A stretch of 64,000 nucleotides of DNA from Minisyncoccota bacterium (GTDB lineage: Bacteria > Patescibacteriota > Minisyncoccia > UBA6257 > 2-01-FULL-56-20). The translations under genes and the position numbers were made by a program. The notes below the pieces were generated by a model. It did no database searches and was not told where the DNA came from. It worked only from the letters and a program-made list of their open reading frames with translations. The DNA is taken from NCBI GenBank assembly GCA_041664245.1, contig JBAYLC010000001.1, positions 22,654-86,653 of the forward strand. Direction: 5' to 3'. Positions 53,908-63,431 of this stretch are shown here, piece by piece. The stretch's first letter is position 1, and every line of letters starts with the position of its first letter.

Positions 53908-56022
53908 GTGATTAGTAAGCTATTTAAAAGCCATCGGCGCACTCCTGTAAGTGATATCCGAGGTCCGAAAAGCGAAAAAGAGCTTCTTGAATCTATCCGC
54001 CGAAATAGGTCTATAAAAGCCGGCCAGGCCGCAAAATTTATGTCTTCGCGAGATAAATTTTCTCTCCCTAAAACCAGTCCCTCTTTTCCAAAACGGCGTC
54101 GGCTTGTGTTTCTTTTTATTGCTCTTGTTTTCTTAGGATTAGGGATATTCGTGTTTGTAAATATTTATGCCTTTCAGTCAGAAATTATTTCCAGTGTAAA
54201 GAAAAATTTTGGAAATTTTCAGGCTCTCGCCAGTAAGTTCAAATTTGGTAATCCAAATAACGACCTCAATCTAAATTCTATAAGCCAAATAAATCTCGCT
54301 AAAAATAAACCCTTTGGCACTGATGCTTTGGCGAAAATTTGGCCGGTTTTGAAAAATAGTTTGCAGACCTATGAAAGTTTTCAAGCCATAACCGCTAATG
54401 GTTTGAATTTATTTAATGAATCAGGGCAGTTTATAAATAATCTTCCGGATTTAATCTTCAAGCGGCAGGGGAGCGAATTAATCAGCCGTCTTGAATCGAT
54501 TAACAGACTTCTTGGGAAAATTAGAAGTAATAATAGCGAACTGGCTGCTATTTCTAACTCTCTCAGTAATCTTTCAGAAATCGACTCTGATTTTCAAATT
54601 CCCTTTAATCTTGACGTTGAAAAACTTTATAAACTTTCCGGCGCTATTTTGGGTTGGTTGAAGAAATCTGGTGATCATCACCTTCTTGTTCTTCTTGAAA
54701 ATCCTTCTGAAATGCGTCCGACCGGCGGGTTTGTCGGAAGCTACGCCGATCTCGTCATCGGTGGTGGCGCTATCAAGAGTATTGATATTCATGACGTGAA
54801 TGATGTCGACAATGAATCCGATCAAAAAATTATTCCCCCCAAGCCGATTCAAGTTATCGCCACTCGCTTCAAGGTTGCCGATGCTAATTGGTTTTTTGAT
54901 TTTCCAACTTCCGCCCAAAAAATTATCCAATTCTCCGAAGCCTCCAATCTCTACAAAAAATCTGATATCACCTTTGATGGTGTTATCGCCGTCTCAGGCT
55001 ACGCTATTAATGATCTGCTCGAAATCACCGGCCCTATAGTGGTGGAAATTCCCAGTGACAATGGCAGTAAAAGTAAAAAACTAACACTCGATAATAAAAA
55101 TTTTCTTGAAGAAATTCAACGCCAAGTTCAAGTCGATCGTTCAGTTGGTGATAGTTACCCCAAAAAAATAATTCAGGCCGTTACGCCGCTGTTGTTTAGT
55201 AAACTCGCCTCCCTCGACGAAGCTGGTAAACAAAAACTTTTTTCCAAATTTGGTGAATGGTTAGTCGACAAGGACTTAGTGGTTTATTTTAAAGATCCAA
55301 TAATTGAAAACTTTTTAAGTGATTTCAATGTCAGCGGCAAAATTTATGAGACTCCTTCTAATTTTTCCGGAGACTATCTTGCTGTTGTAAACGCCAACCT
55401 TGGCGGAGGTAAGTCCGATCTTTTCATAAGCCAGAACATAAATCTTCAAAGCCAAATTAATGAAGATGGCACAATTTCCAATCACCTGTTCATTACCCGC
55501 GAACACAAAGGCAACCTCGCTAGCGATTGGTGGTACAAAGTTCCCAATCAAAGCTATATCCGGGTGTTCACGCCGATCGGCGCCCAATTGGAAAATTTTT
55601 CCGGCGGTTTGGAAAAAAATATAAAAAAGCGCACTGATTATTCCAAGGGAAGTTATGTGTCCGACCCAACTGTCCAAGAAATAGAATCAACTAAACAGGA
55701 ATTTTTGAATTACCCGGATCTCACAGGTTTTACCGAAAACGAGAAAAACACTTTTGCGACTTGGGTGAAAACTGATCCAGGAAGGAAAAGTGACTTGTCT
55801 CTCAGTTATACCGAGCGTTTGCCTGCCGTTCCAAAATCAGGCTCGACCTATCGTTTTGTTTTTGAAAAACAATCCGGTGTGAATGGCGACTATAAATTCC
55901 AGCTCAGTGCGCCAATCGGTTTTCGTTGGAAAGAAAATAGATTGCCAATTTATGAATTTGAATCAAAAAATCCTCCCGGTCGCCTTATTGTTGATCTGAC
56001 TTTTGAAAAAATAACCCCCTAA
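53908..56022 (+). CDS. DUF4012-like membrane-anchored protein
   Basis: LLENPSEMRPTGGFVGSY, DANWFFDFPTSA, DGVIAV, NANLGGGKSD. Confidence 0.8.
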   Translation: MISKLFKSHRRTPVSDIRGPKSEKELLESIRRNRSIKAGQAAKFMSSRDKFSLPKTSPSFPKRRRLVFLFIALVFLGLGIFVFVNIYAFQSEIISSVKKNFGNFQALASKFKFGNPNNDLNLNSISQINLAKNKPFGTDALAKIWPVLKNSLQTYESFQAITANGLNLFNESGQFINNLPDLIFKRQGSELISRLESINRLLGKIRSNNSELAAISNSLSNLSEIDSDFQIPFNLDVEKLYKLSGAILGWLKKSGDHHLLVLLENPSEMRPTGGFVGSYADLVIGGGAIKSIDIHDVNDVDNESDQKIIPPKPIQVIATRFKVADANWFFDFPTSAQKIIQFSEASNLYKKSDITFDGVIAVSGYAINDLLEITGPIVVEIPSDNGSKSKKLTLDNKNFLEEIQRQVQVDRSVGDSYPKKIIQAVTPLLFSKLASLDEAGKQKLFSKFGEWLVDKDLVVYFKDPIIENFLSDFNVSGKIYETPSNFSGDYLAVVNANLGGGKSDLFISQNINLQSQINEDGTISNHLFITREHKGNLASDWWYKVPNQSYIRVFTPIGAQLENFSGGLEKNIKKRTDYSKGSYVSDPTVQEIESTKQEFLNYPDLTGFTENEKNTFATWVKTDPGRKSDLSLSYTERLPAVPKSGSTYRFVFEKQSGVNGDYKFQLSAPIGFRWKENRLPIYEFESKNPPGRLIVDLTFEKITP

Positions 56023-56181
56023 AGCAACTCTGGTTAATAAAAATCCCCACAAAACAAAGTTGAATTATGGGGACTTAATCTCGGAATAATAAAGAAGTAG
56101 GGTGGGAAGTAGTTGGATAAAAGAGGACTCATCCTATGAGTACTGGTCCATCCATGTAGAGAAGTGAACAAGAGAGGTGGG

Positions 56182-56757
56182 CTAATTCTTTTTGACTTGA
56201 TGAAAGTTTCCGTCAAGTCCCAGAAAATCTTGAACAGATTCCTCGGCTCTTTCGAGCGTACCATCCTTGCCGAAGAACGAACCAGAATCAGCTTCTGGAA
56301 TTGAGGTGAAAGGCAATTGGAGATCTTTGAGCCGGGAAGTTTCTTTTGCCATGTAATAAGCATCCAATTCTTCCTCGGTCATAGTTTTGGTCGTGCTGTC
56401 TGCAGCAGAAACCAGTTTCGTTTTTGTGTCCTGTTCTGCTTTCGGTACGTCATTACTTTCCAGATGGAAAGTAACCTTGCCCTTGTTTGCGCTGGCTGTA
56501 AATCCGTTCGTCCCATCGGATTTATTAGAACCAATAAACAAGGCAATGGCTATAACTCCCAAAAGAGCTAAGCCTCCAAGATTTTCTATTCCGGAGCTAA
56601 GTGCTTGAGCCGTTTGAGCTCTTGCTAGAGCCATTCTTGTCCTAGCGTCCCAGAATTTCTTAAGAACGTACACGAGTAACAGGACCAAGACTGCAGCTAT
56701 GATCCAATTACCAAAAACCTTACCTCCAAGATCAAGGATTCGTTGAATTGTTTCCAT
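56182..56757 (-). CDS. Orphan membrane protein (2 TM)
   Basis: SD-like AGAGG; promoter TTGACT-N17-TATAAT at 56823-56795. Confidence 0.7.
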   Translation of the reverse strand: METIQRILDLGGKVFGNWIIAAVLVLLLVYVLKKFWDARTRMALARAQTAQALSSGIENLGGLALLGVIAIALFIGSNKSDGTNGFTASANKGKVTFHLESNDVPKAEQDTKTKLVSAADSTTKTMTEEELDAYYMAKETSRLKDLQLPFTSIPEADSGSFFGKDGTLERAEESVQDFLGLDGNFHQVKKN

Positions 56758-56877
56758 ATAACCTCTACTTCTTGGTTATAAATTTTCTGCCAAGATTATA
56801 CTACTCTTTAATATAAAAGTCAAATATGTATAAAAAATCGTTGTTTGAGGCGGGCCTTTATGTTAATTTGAACTCCT

Positions 56878-58665
56878 ATGGACCATATTCGTAATTTCGT
56901 TATTATCGCCCATATTGATCACGGCAAATCCACCCTTGCGGATCGACTTCTTGAATTCACTCACACCGTTGAAACCCGCAAGATGCGGCCGCAATATCTT
57001 GACCGTCTTGATCTAGAACGGGAACGGGGGATAACCATTAAAATGGCACCCGTCCGTATGGCCTACACCTTTAATTCCAAACCCTACACCCTCAACTTGA
57101 TCGATACTCCTGGGCACAGCGATTTTTCTTACGAAGTTTCGCGGGCGTTGGCGGCCGTTGAGGGGGCGGTTCTTTTAGTTGACGCTTCTAAAGGGATCCA
57201 AGCCCAAACCCTTTCTAATTTTCGCGCCGCCCAAAAAGCCGGCTTAAAAATAATTGGCGCCGTAAATAAAGTCGATCTTAATCCCGCCAACCTTGATAAA
57301 ATAATTTCTTCGCTCGCAACCTTATTAAATAAAAGCGAAAAAGAAATCCTGCGCCTCTCCGGAAAAAATGGCGAAGGTGTTGAAGAGTTACTCGAAGCAA
57401 TCATCACTCAATTTCCGCCGCCAAAAGAATCCAGCCACTCAATAAAAGTGAATAATGAAGCCGCGGCCCAAGCTTTGATTTTTGACTCTCTCTATGACGA
57501 TCACAAAGGCATTTTGGCTTTTGTTAGAAATTTAAGCGGAGAAATTAAAGCCGGCGAGGAAGTTCATCTTCTTGGCAACGGCAAAAAAATGAAAATAAAA
57601 GAAGTTGGTTATTTTGTTCCCGAATTTTTACCGTCGGCGGGAATTAAAGCTAGTGAAATCGGTTACATTGCCACCGGGCTCAAAGAGCCGGATTTTATCA
57701 AAATTGGTGACACGATTTCCAATTCTCCGCTCGTTCCAATTTTGCCTGGCTATCGTGAACCCGGTCCGGTTGTTTTTATCTCTTTCTATCCAAATGGCCA
57801 AACCAATTTTAATGATTTAAAAAAGGGATTCTCTAAGCTTCGCCTAAGTGACTCCGCTCTAAATTACGAACCCGAAGCCAATGAAGCGCTGGGACGGGGA
57901 TTGAAAGTTGGTTTTTTGGGCCAACTCCATTTTGAAATAACGGTAAGCCGCCTCAAGGATGAATTCAATCTTGATTTCTTAACTAGCTTTCCTTCGGTAG
58001 CTTATCGAGTGCGAGTTGGCGCCAAAGATTACATTATTAAACAGCCCCGTGATTTTCCCGATAAGCCGGATCGAGTCTATCAGCCGATGATATCCCTAGA
58101 AATTCTCACTCCGCCCGAATATCTTAGCCAAGTTGTGAATCTAAAAAATATCTTTGATTTAGAAATCAAAGAAGTTGTGAATCTTTCTGAGAATGTTTTG
58201 ATTATGGGCGTTATGCCTCTGGCGGAATTAATCCGCGATTTTGACGACCAGCTTAAATCAATTTCCGCTGGGTTCGCTTCGTTTAGTTATGAGTTGGCTG
58301 GTGAGGCGGAAGCGCAAGTCGAAAAATTGGAAATTGTTGTTGCTAATGATATCGTTCCCGCGCTAACCAGAATTGTTCCCAAAAAAGATCTAGATCACGA
58401 AGCGCGAACTTCGGTTGAAAAACTAAAAAAACTTCTACCCCACGAACAATTCACTCAAGCGATCCAAGCCAAATCCGGCGGTCGGATTATCGCTCGGGAA
58501 ACCATCGCCGCTATGCGCAAAGACGTGACCGGCTATCTTTATGGCGGCGACCGAAGCCGAAAAATGAAACTTTGGAAAAAGCAGAAACGGGGAAAAGAAA
58601 GGTTAAAGGATATGGCAAGGGTCATAGTGCCCGTGGAGGTTTTTCGGGAAATTTTAAAGAAATAA
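56878..58665 (+). CDS. lepA: Elongation factor 4 (LepA)
   Basis: IIAHIDHGKSTLADR, RERGITIK, RKDVTGYLYGGDRSRKMKL. Confidence 0.97.
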   Translation: MDHIRNFVIIAHIDHGKSTLADRLLEFTHTVETRKMRPQYLDRLDLERERGITIKMAPVRMAYTFNSKPYTLNLIDTPGHSDFSYEVSRALAAVEGAVLLVDASKGIQAQTLSNFRAAQKAGLKIIGAVNKVDLNPANLDKIISSLATLLNKSEKEILRLSGKNGEGVEELLEAIITQFPPPKESSHSIKVNNEAAAQALIFDSLYDDHKGILAFVRNLSGEIKAGEEVHLLGNGKKMKIKEVGYFVPEFLPSAGIKASEIGYIATGLKEPDFIKIGDTISNSPLVPILPGYREPGPVVFISFYPNGQTNFNDLKKGFSKLRLSDSALNYEPEANEALGRGLKVGFLGQLHFEITVSRLKDEFNLDFLTSFPSVAYRVRVGAKDYIIKQPRDFPDKPDRVYQPMISLEILTPPEYLSQVVNLKNIFDLEIKEVVNLSENVLIMGVMPLAELIRDFDDQLKSISAGFASFSYELAGEAEAQVEKLEIVVANDIVPALTRIVPKKDLDHEARTSVEKLKKLLPHEQFTQAIQAKSGGRIIARETIAAMRKDVTGYLYGGDRSRKMKLWKKQKRGKERLKDMARVIVPVEVFREILKK

Positions 58666-58688
58666 CTTTTAGACTATAATTCTAAGGA

Positions 58689-58988
58689 ATGAAACCAACT
58701 ATCCTTTCCTTCTTATGCGTTTTGATCTTGTTAGTCGGTTTTCAAGTCACCTCATTTTTAATTGACAAAAGTGAAGCGGTAAAAAAATTCGAAGCCGCTA
58801 AAATGGAATTTAATAAAGCTAAGGCTGAAAAAAGTGCTGCCGAGTCCGATCTAAACTATTTAGCCAATCCCTTAAATCTTGAAAAAGAATTTCGCAGCCG
58901 GTTTAATCTTGTTCGCCCGGGTGAGAAGTTAACTATCATTATTCCCGAAAATACTTCTTCTACTTCTAGCTCAACTTCAAATCCCTGA
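58689..58988 (+). CDS. FtsB/DivIC-like septum formation initiator
   Basis: TM, coiled coil, EKEFRSRFNLVRPGE. Confidence 0.75.
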   Translation: MKPTILSFLCVLILLVGFQVTSFLIDKSEAVKKFEAAKMEFNKAKAEKSAAESDLNYLANPLNLEKEFRSRFNLVRPGEKLTIIIPENTSSTSSSTSNP

Positions 58989-58991
58989 TTT

Positions 58992-59597
58992 ATGTTCAAA
59001 AAATACCGTCCTTATATTATTTTTATCGGTTTGATCTGTCTCGGCCTAGTCGCCATTTTTCTTATCTCTTCCGGTTACTATCCGATCATCTCGGTTAATA
59101 GTCGTCTTTTAAGCGCCCGAAAATTTTGGAAAGACTATCAGGCCAACGCTGTCTATTACCAAAACCTTATCAGCATCTATGGTTCGGCGGCTGCTTTGAC
59201 TAATTCTTCTGATACTATTTCTACTGCGGAAGATTTAAAAGTTTCCGTGTTAAATAAAATTATTGAAAATAGCTTAATCAGCGAGCAAGTTAAAAAAGAG
59301 TTAGGGGCGGACGCGGAAGAAATTATCCAGAACAAAATTAAAAACTTAGAGAATGATGAGGTCCTAAAAATTGGCGCCCAAAAAATGTACGGATTGAGCT
59401 ACAATGACTTTAAGGATGAAATTTTAATTCCTAAAGCCGAACAGGAAATTCTCGCCGGCCGCCTTTTTCTGAAAGGGGGTAAGCTGGAGGATTGGCTTCT
59501 GTCTCAAAAAAAATCCAGCCGAATTAAATTATTCTCTTCGGAATTTTATTGGGATGGCTTTTCAGTCAAGCAGGCAGCGACTCCGGTTTCAAATTGA
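58992..59597 (+). CDS. SurA/PrsA N-terminal-domain-like protein
   Basis: TM, IISVNS, VLNKIIENSLI, YGLSYNDFK. Confidence 0.65.
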   Translation: MFKKYRPYIIFIGLICLGLVAIFLISSGYYPIISVNSRLLSARKFWKDYQANAVYYQNLISIYGSAAALTNSSDTISTAEDLKVSVLNKIIENSLISEQVKKELGADAEEIIQNKIKNLENDEVLKIGAQKMYGLSYNDFKDEILIPKAEQEILAGRLFLKGGKLEDWLLSQKKSSRIKLFSSEFYWDGFSVKQAATPVSN

Positions 59598-59622
59598 ACC
59601 CCCAGATTATTAGTGGTAGATT
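59594..59622 (+). promoter_or_regulatory. Probable promoter of the nested tRNA-Gly locus
   Basis: TTGAAC-N17-TAGATT with a TG extension, 9 nt before the outer tRNA start. Confidence 0.55.
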
Positions 59623-59705
59623 ATTAACCAAGCGGGATTAGCTTGCCCCGCCCCAATACTGGCGGGGTGAAGTAATACACGACCTTCTTTCCGTTAAGAA
59701 TAAAC

Positions 59706-59927
59706 GCAGGATTAGTATAGTGGCAGTACGTAACCTTCTTCCCGTTTTATACAAATCTTTGATTTGTCCATAAAACGCAATCCCGCCAAATTTTGCGAGA
59801 GTAGTACAATGGCAGTACACTAGCTTCCCAAGCTAGAAACGCGGGTCCGATTCCCGTCTCTCGCTCCAACAAGCAGAATTTGGGTGGGACTAAGGTTAAA
59901 GCGCCGGTCCGATTCCGGTATCCTGCT
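59706..59927 (+). pseudogene. Middle interrupted tRNA-Gly-like gene (halves ~59706-59738 and ~59891-59927)
   Basis: Acceptor GCAGGAT/ATCCTGC plus T73, D and T arms intact, anticodon stem TAACC/GGTTA split by ~150 nt. Confidence 0.85.
59795..59868 (+). tRNA. tRNA-Gly(CCC), intact, with encoded CCA
   Basis: GCGAGAG/CTCTCGC-T-CCA, anticodon arm CTAGC-TTCCCAA-GCTAG. Confidence 0.95.
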
Positions 59928-60045
59928 CAAAAACGAGGGTTCGGCTTACCCCGTCAAAATCACTTCAGGGATTTTATACGGGGTTCCCCTTATCCCGCTC
60001 ATTTAGAAAGTCTTCCCCGCTGAAGAGGGACTTGACTTTCAAATG

Positions 60046-60080
60046 TCCCGAGTGAGGTCGCCTAAGGCGACCGACGAGGG
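60046..60080. repeat. REP-like palindrome, family A
   Basis: 32/35 nt identical to 14014-14048. Confidence 0.8.
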
Positions 60081-60112
60081 CTACATTATCGTGGCGGGGC
60101 AGCAATCCATGT

Positions 60113-60880
60113 CTATACCCCCTTCCTTAATAAGCTCAAAAAGAACAAAGCCGCCGCCACGATTATTACTGTCGGCCCTAATTCCGTGCCATATCGCGAA
60201 GATATCAAAATTCCCGAAATCATCGACACCAAACTCACTATCGCTGAAATCAATAAGAAGCTTTTTAAATTACCCGTTAGCTGTCTCGCCACCGCTGCTG
60301 GTATAATCGCCAGCGATCCCGCCAGCAACGCTCCTAAAAATTTCAAACCTAAAATTATTGTGAGCGCGAAAGCTAGAATAAAAAATAGATCCAATTTATT
60401 CGTATCAACTCCGGTCGCCTTGGCTAAATCTTTAGAAAAAAGATTCAGCACTAACTCATCTTTATATTTTATTACAAACCAAATAATCAGAGTTGCGCAA
60501 ATTAATCCTATAATAAAAATCGGCCAGGAAATTCCCTGAAATCGGCCGAAAAGAGCGTCGATTAATTCTTCGCTGGTGGTGAGCATTGCTCCCAAAGCCA
60601 AGGCGGATGTAAAAACCACCCCGATTGTCGTCTCCGTCGAAAGACCGGTTTTCTGTTCCAGCTTCCAAATTAAAATTGCGCCGATCAAAAGTGCCGCCGC
60701 CGCGCCAATTATGGGATTGACTGTAAAAATAATTGCTATCCCGATTCCAGGAAGCGCCACGTGAGAAATCGCGTCCGCCGCGAGCGTCATTCGTTTCATC
60801 AGCGCGAAAGCGCCAATCAGTCCGGCCGTGACTGCTGTCAAAATCGCGATAATTATTGAAAATATCTCGTTTAATGCCAT
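60113..60880 (-). CDS. znuB: Metal (Zn/Mn) ABC transporter permease
   Basis: ADAISHVALPG, LGALLAGSLAIIPA, GPTVI. Confidence 0.9.
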   Translation of the reverse strand: MALNEIFSIIIAILTAVTAGLIGAFALMKRMTLAADAISHVALPGIGIAIIFTVNPIIGAAAALLIGAILIWKLEQKTGLSTETTIGVVFTSALALGAMLTTSEELIDALFGRFQGISWPIFIIGLICATLIIWFVIKYKDELVLNLFSKDLAKATGVDTNKLDLFFILAFALTIILGLKFLGALLAGSLAIIPAAVARQLTGNLKSFLLISAIVSLVSMISGILISSRYGTELGPTVIIVAAALFFLSLLRKGV

Positions 60881-60883
60881 TGG

Positions 60884-61588
60884 TTATTTATGGGGATGTT
60901 TATGTTCGTAATATTGGTGAGGCACTCCGTATAGTTTTTTCAAAACTTCTGGATTAAGTGTTTTTCTCGGCGTCCCATAACAAACTCCTTCCCGGTTAAG
61001 GCACAACACTTTTGTGGCGTATTGATAAACAATACTAATATCATGTGATACCAAAACCACCGTCAATTTATATTGTTTTTGTAGCTTATGGATAAGTTCA
61101 TAAATTTGCTCTTCACCGGTCTGGTCGATACTAGCCGTCGGTTCGTCGAATAAAATAAGATTTGGTTTGCCTAATAGAGCAAAGGCGACAAGCGCTCTTT
61201 GAAACTGTCCACCCGAAAGCTGGCCGATTGGCTTATTAAAAATTTCTTTATCCAAGCCCACCGAATCCACTACCGCTTTAATCTCGCTAGCCGGTTCGCC
61301 AATAATTCTCGCCTTTGCGTGTAAAAAATCTCCAAGGTTAATCGGCAAGTGGAGATCGGCCTCAATCTTTTGAGGCACATAGCCGATTTTAATTCCGGGA
61401 GCGATTTTAATTTCTCCCTCGTAAATAAAACCGCCTAAAATTGTTTTTAAAAGCACAGTCTTGCCGGAACCATTAGGTCCGATGATTGTTAGATTATCTC
61501 CCGGTTGAACATCAAAACTAAGATTACTTATAATCGTGTGATGTTTCAGATTCACCGTTAGATTTCTAATACTTAGAATCGGCTGCAT
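60884..61588 (-). CDS. znuC: Metal (Zn/Mn) ABC transporter ATPase
   Basis: GPNGSGKT, IGYVPQ, LSGGQFQR, DEPT, His-rich tail. Confidence 0.9.
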   Translation of the reverse strand: MQPILSIRNLTVNLKHHTIISNLSFDVQPGDNLTIIGPNGSGKTVLLKTILGGFIYEGEIKIAPGIKIGYVPQKIEADLHLPINLGDFLHAKARIIGEPASEIKAVVDSVGLDKEIFNKPIGQLSGGQFQRALVAFALLGKPNLILFDEPTASIDQTGEEQIYELIHKLQKQYKLTVVLVSHDISIVYQYATKVLCLNREGVCYGTPRKTLNPEVLKKLYGVPHQYYEHKHPHK

Positions 61589-61732
61589 TCCTTAAATTCT
61601 AGTAAATTTTCCGGTTTTTAGGAAATTCTGTAATATAAAAATAAATTGCCGTTTACTCCTTTTTCCCCTAAAATTCACCCAAGTATAGGTCGTCAGTCAT
61701 TAAACATCTATCATCTAACCTTTATTACTTCT

Positions 61733-63427
61733 ATGCCCGGTTCCGTTTCCGAAACAATTAAAGAAAAGCTTGATGTTGCCGACTTTTTAAAGGGTTATCT
61801 TAATCTTCAGCCGGCTGGTAGAAACTTCAAAGCTCTTTGTCCGTTCCATAAGGAAAAAACCCCTTCCTTTATGATTTCCCCCGAACGCCAAAATTGGCAT
61901 TGTTTTGGCTGTAATTTAGGTGGGGACATTTTTTCTTTTTTGATGCGCTATGAAAATATTGAATTTGCCGAGGCTCTTAAAATTCTCGCCGAGCGCGCCG
62001 GCGTTGAATTGGCCCGAGTTAGCTCCGGTGAATATAAATATTTTGGCTTGCTCTACGACATTAATGAAGCAGCTAAAAAATATTTTCAAAAAGAACTCGT
62101 TCGGTCCGAATCAGCTCGAAAATACTTAACCGATCGGGGATTGAAAGAAGAAACAATCAATGAGTTTGAGATTGGTTTTGCTCCCAATCTACCGGATGCT
62201 CTTAATCTTTTTTTTGCCAACAATTCCAATTTTCGGCCCGACGATATTCTTCGCGCTGGTTTAGGCGTAAAAAGCGAGCGCGGCCGCCAGTTCGATCGTT
62301 TTCGTGGCCGGGTTATGTTTCCGATTTGTAATAGCCTCGGAAAAGTTGTTGGTTTCACCGGCCGCATTTTACCCGAATTTGATATCGGCCAATTTGGGAA
62401 ATATGTGAATAGTCCGGAAACTCCAATTTTCAACAAATCAAAAGTTCTCTACGGTTTCTCCAAAAGCAAAGAATTTATCCGAGATGAGAAATCGGTATTT
62501 ATGGTCGAAGGGCAAATGGATTTATTGATGAGTTATCAGGCCGGCATCAAAAATGTCGTGGCTACTTCCGGCACCGCTCTTACTCCCGACCATCTTAAGC
62601 TCCTTCGCCGTTTGACCGAAGAGATAGTTCTAAACTTTGATAGCGATGAAGCCGGCCTGGCAGCCGGGGAGCGGGCCATTGACTTAGCGGAGAGCTTCGA
62701 CTTTAATGTAAAGGTTGTAGTTTTAAAGGATTTTAAAGATCCTGCCGAGGCCGTGGAAAAAGATCCAGCTGGCCTGCTAACGGCGATAACAAAAGCCACT
62801 CCTGCCCCGGAATTTTATTTTGAACGTTATCTGCCCAAAGGCGCAGATTACAGCTCCCGGGAAATGCTTCGCAGTCTTCGAGTGGTTCTCGGAAAAATTA
62901 AAAATATCCAAAGCGCGGTCAGTCGCGAGTTTTGGTTAAAACAATTATCCAAACGCGTCGGTATTAGCGAGAAAACTCTCGCTGAAGAATCCGAGGGGCT
63001 TGCCGCCAAATCTTCTGAAAATAAAGAAGAATCCGATTTAAATAATATAGAAGAAAGAAAAATTTCCCGCCGCGAACTTCTTTCTGAGCGGCTAATCTCT
63101 GCCGCGCTTCAGCGAAATAATTTAGCGGTTGTCGAAGACGTTGCCGAGTGCCTTCCTGTCCGTTATCAAAATATTGTCACTCTGCTCGAAAGAGGGGATA
63201 AGCGCAGTCCCGACCCGAAAATTGATCAAATTTTAAATTTAGTTATCCTGCGTTCGGAAGAAATAGGCGACGCCGAACTAGCTGGCGTTAAGAAACATCT
63301 CCGCCTTGAATTCCAAAAAGACCGGCATCTGGAAATAACCGCAAAAATTAGAGAAGCGGAATTAAATAAAGACGAATCGTCTCTAAAAATATCAATTGAA
63401 GAACTTCGCAAACTAGACCACGTTTAA
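61733..63427 (+). CDS. dnaG: DNA primase
   Basis: CPFHKEKTPSF...CFGC, KYVNSPET, VEGQMD, FDSDEAG. Confidence 0.97.
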   Translation: MPGSVSETIKEKLDVADFLKGYLNLQPAGRNFKALCPFHKEKTPSFMISPERQNWHCFGCNLGGDIFSFLMRYENIEFAEALKILAERAGVELARVSSGEYKYFGLLYDINEAAKKYFQKELVRSESARKYLTDRGLKEETINEFEIGFAPNLPDALNLFFANNSNFRPDDILRAGLGVKSERGRQFDRFRGRVMFPICNSLGKVVGFTGRILPEFDIGQFGKYVNSPETPIFNKSKVLYGFSKSKEFIRDEKSVFMVEGQMDLLMSYQAGIKNVVATSGTALTPDHLKLLRRLTEEIVLNFDSDEAGLAAGERAIDLAESFDFNVKVVVLKDFKDPAEAVEKDPAGLLTAITKATPAPEFYFERYLPKGADYSSREMLRSLRVVLGKIKNIQSAVSREFWLKQLSKRVGISEKTLAEESEGLAAKSSENKEESDLNNIEERKISRRELLSERLISAALQRNNLAVVEDVAECLPVRYQNIVTLLERGDKRSPDPKIDQILNLVILRSEEIGDAELAGVKKHLRLEFQKDRHLEITAKIREAELNKDESSLKISIEELRKLDHV

Positions 63428-63431
63428 TAAT

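Larger units (their letters stand above)
59632..59999 (+). pseudogene. Outer interrupted tRNA-Gly-like gene
   Basis: Acceptor GCGGGAT/ATCCCGC plus T73; T stem GAGGG/CCCTT; inserts in the D arm, anticodon loop and T loop. Confidence 0.75.

Noticed and set aside
59638-60306. Short ORFs at 59638-59820 and 60043-60306
   Set aside because: They overlap the tRNA locus, a REP element and znuB
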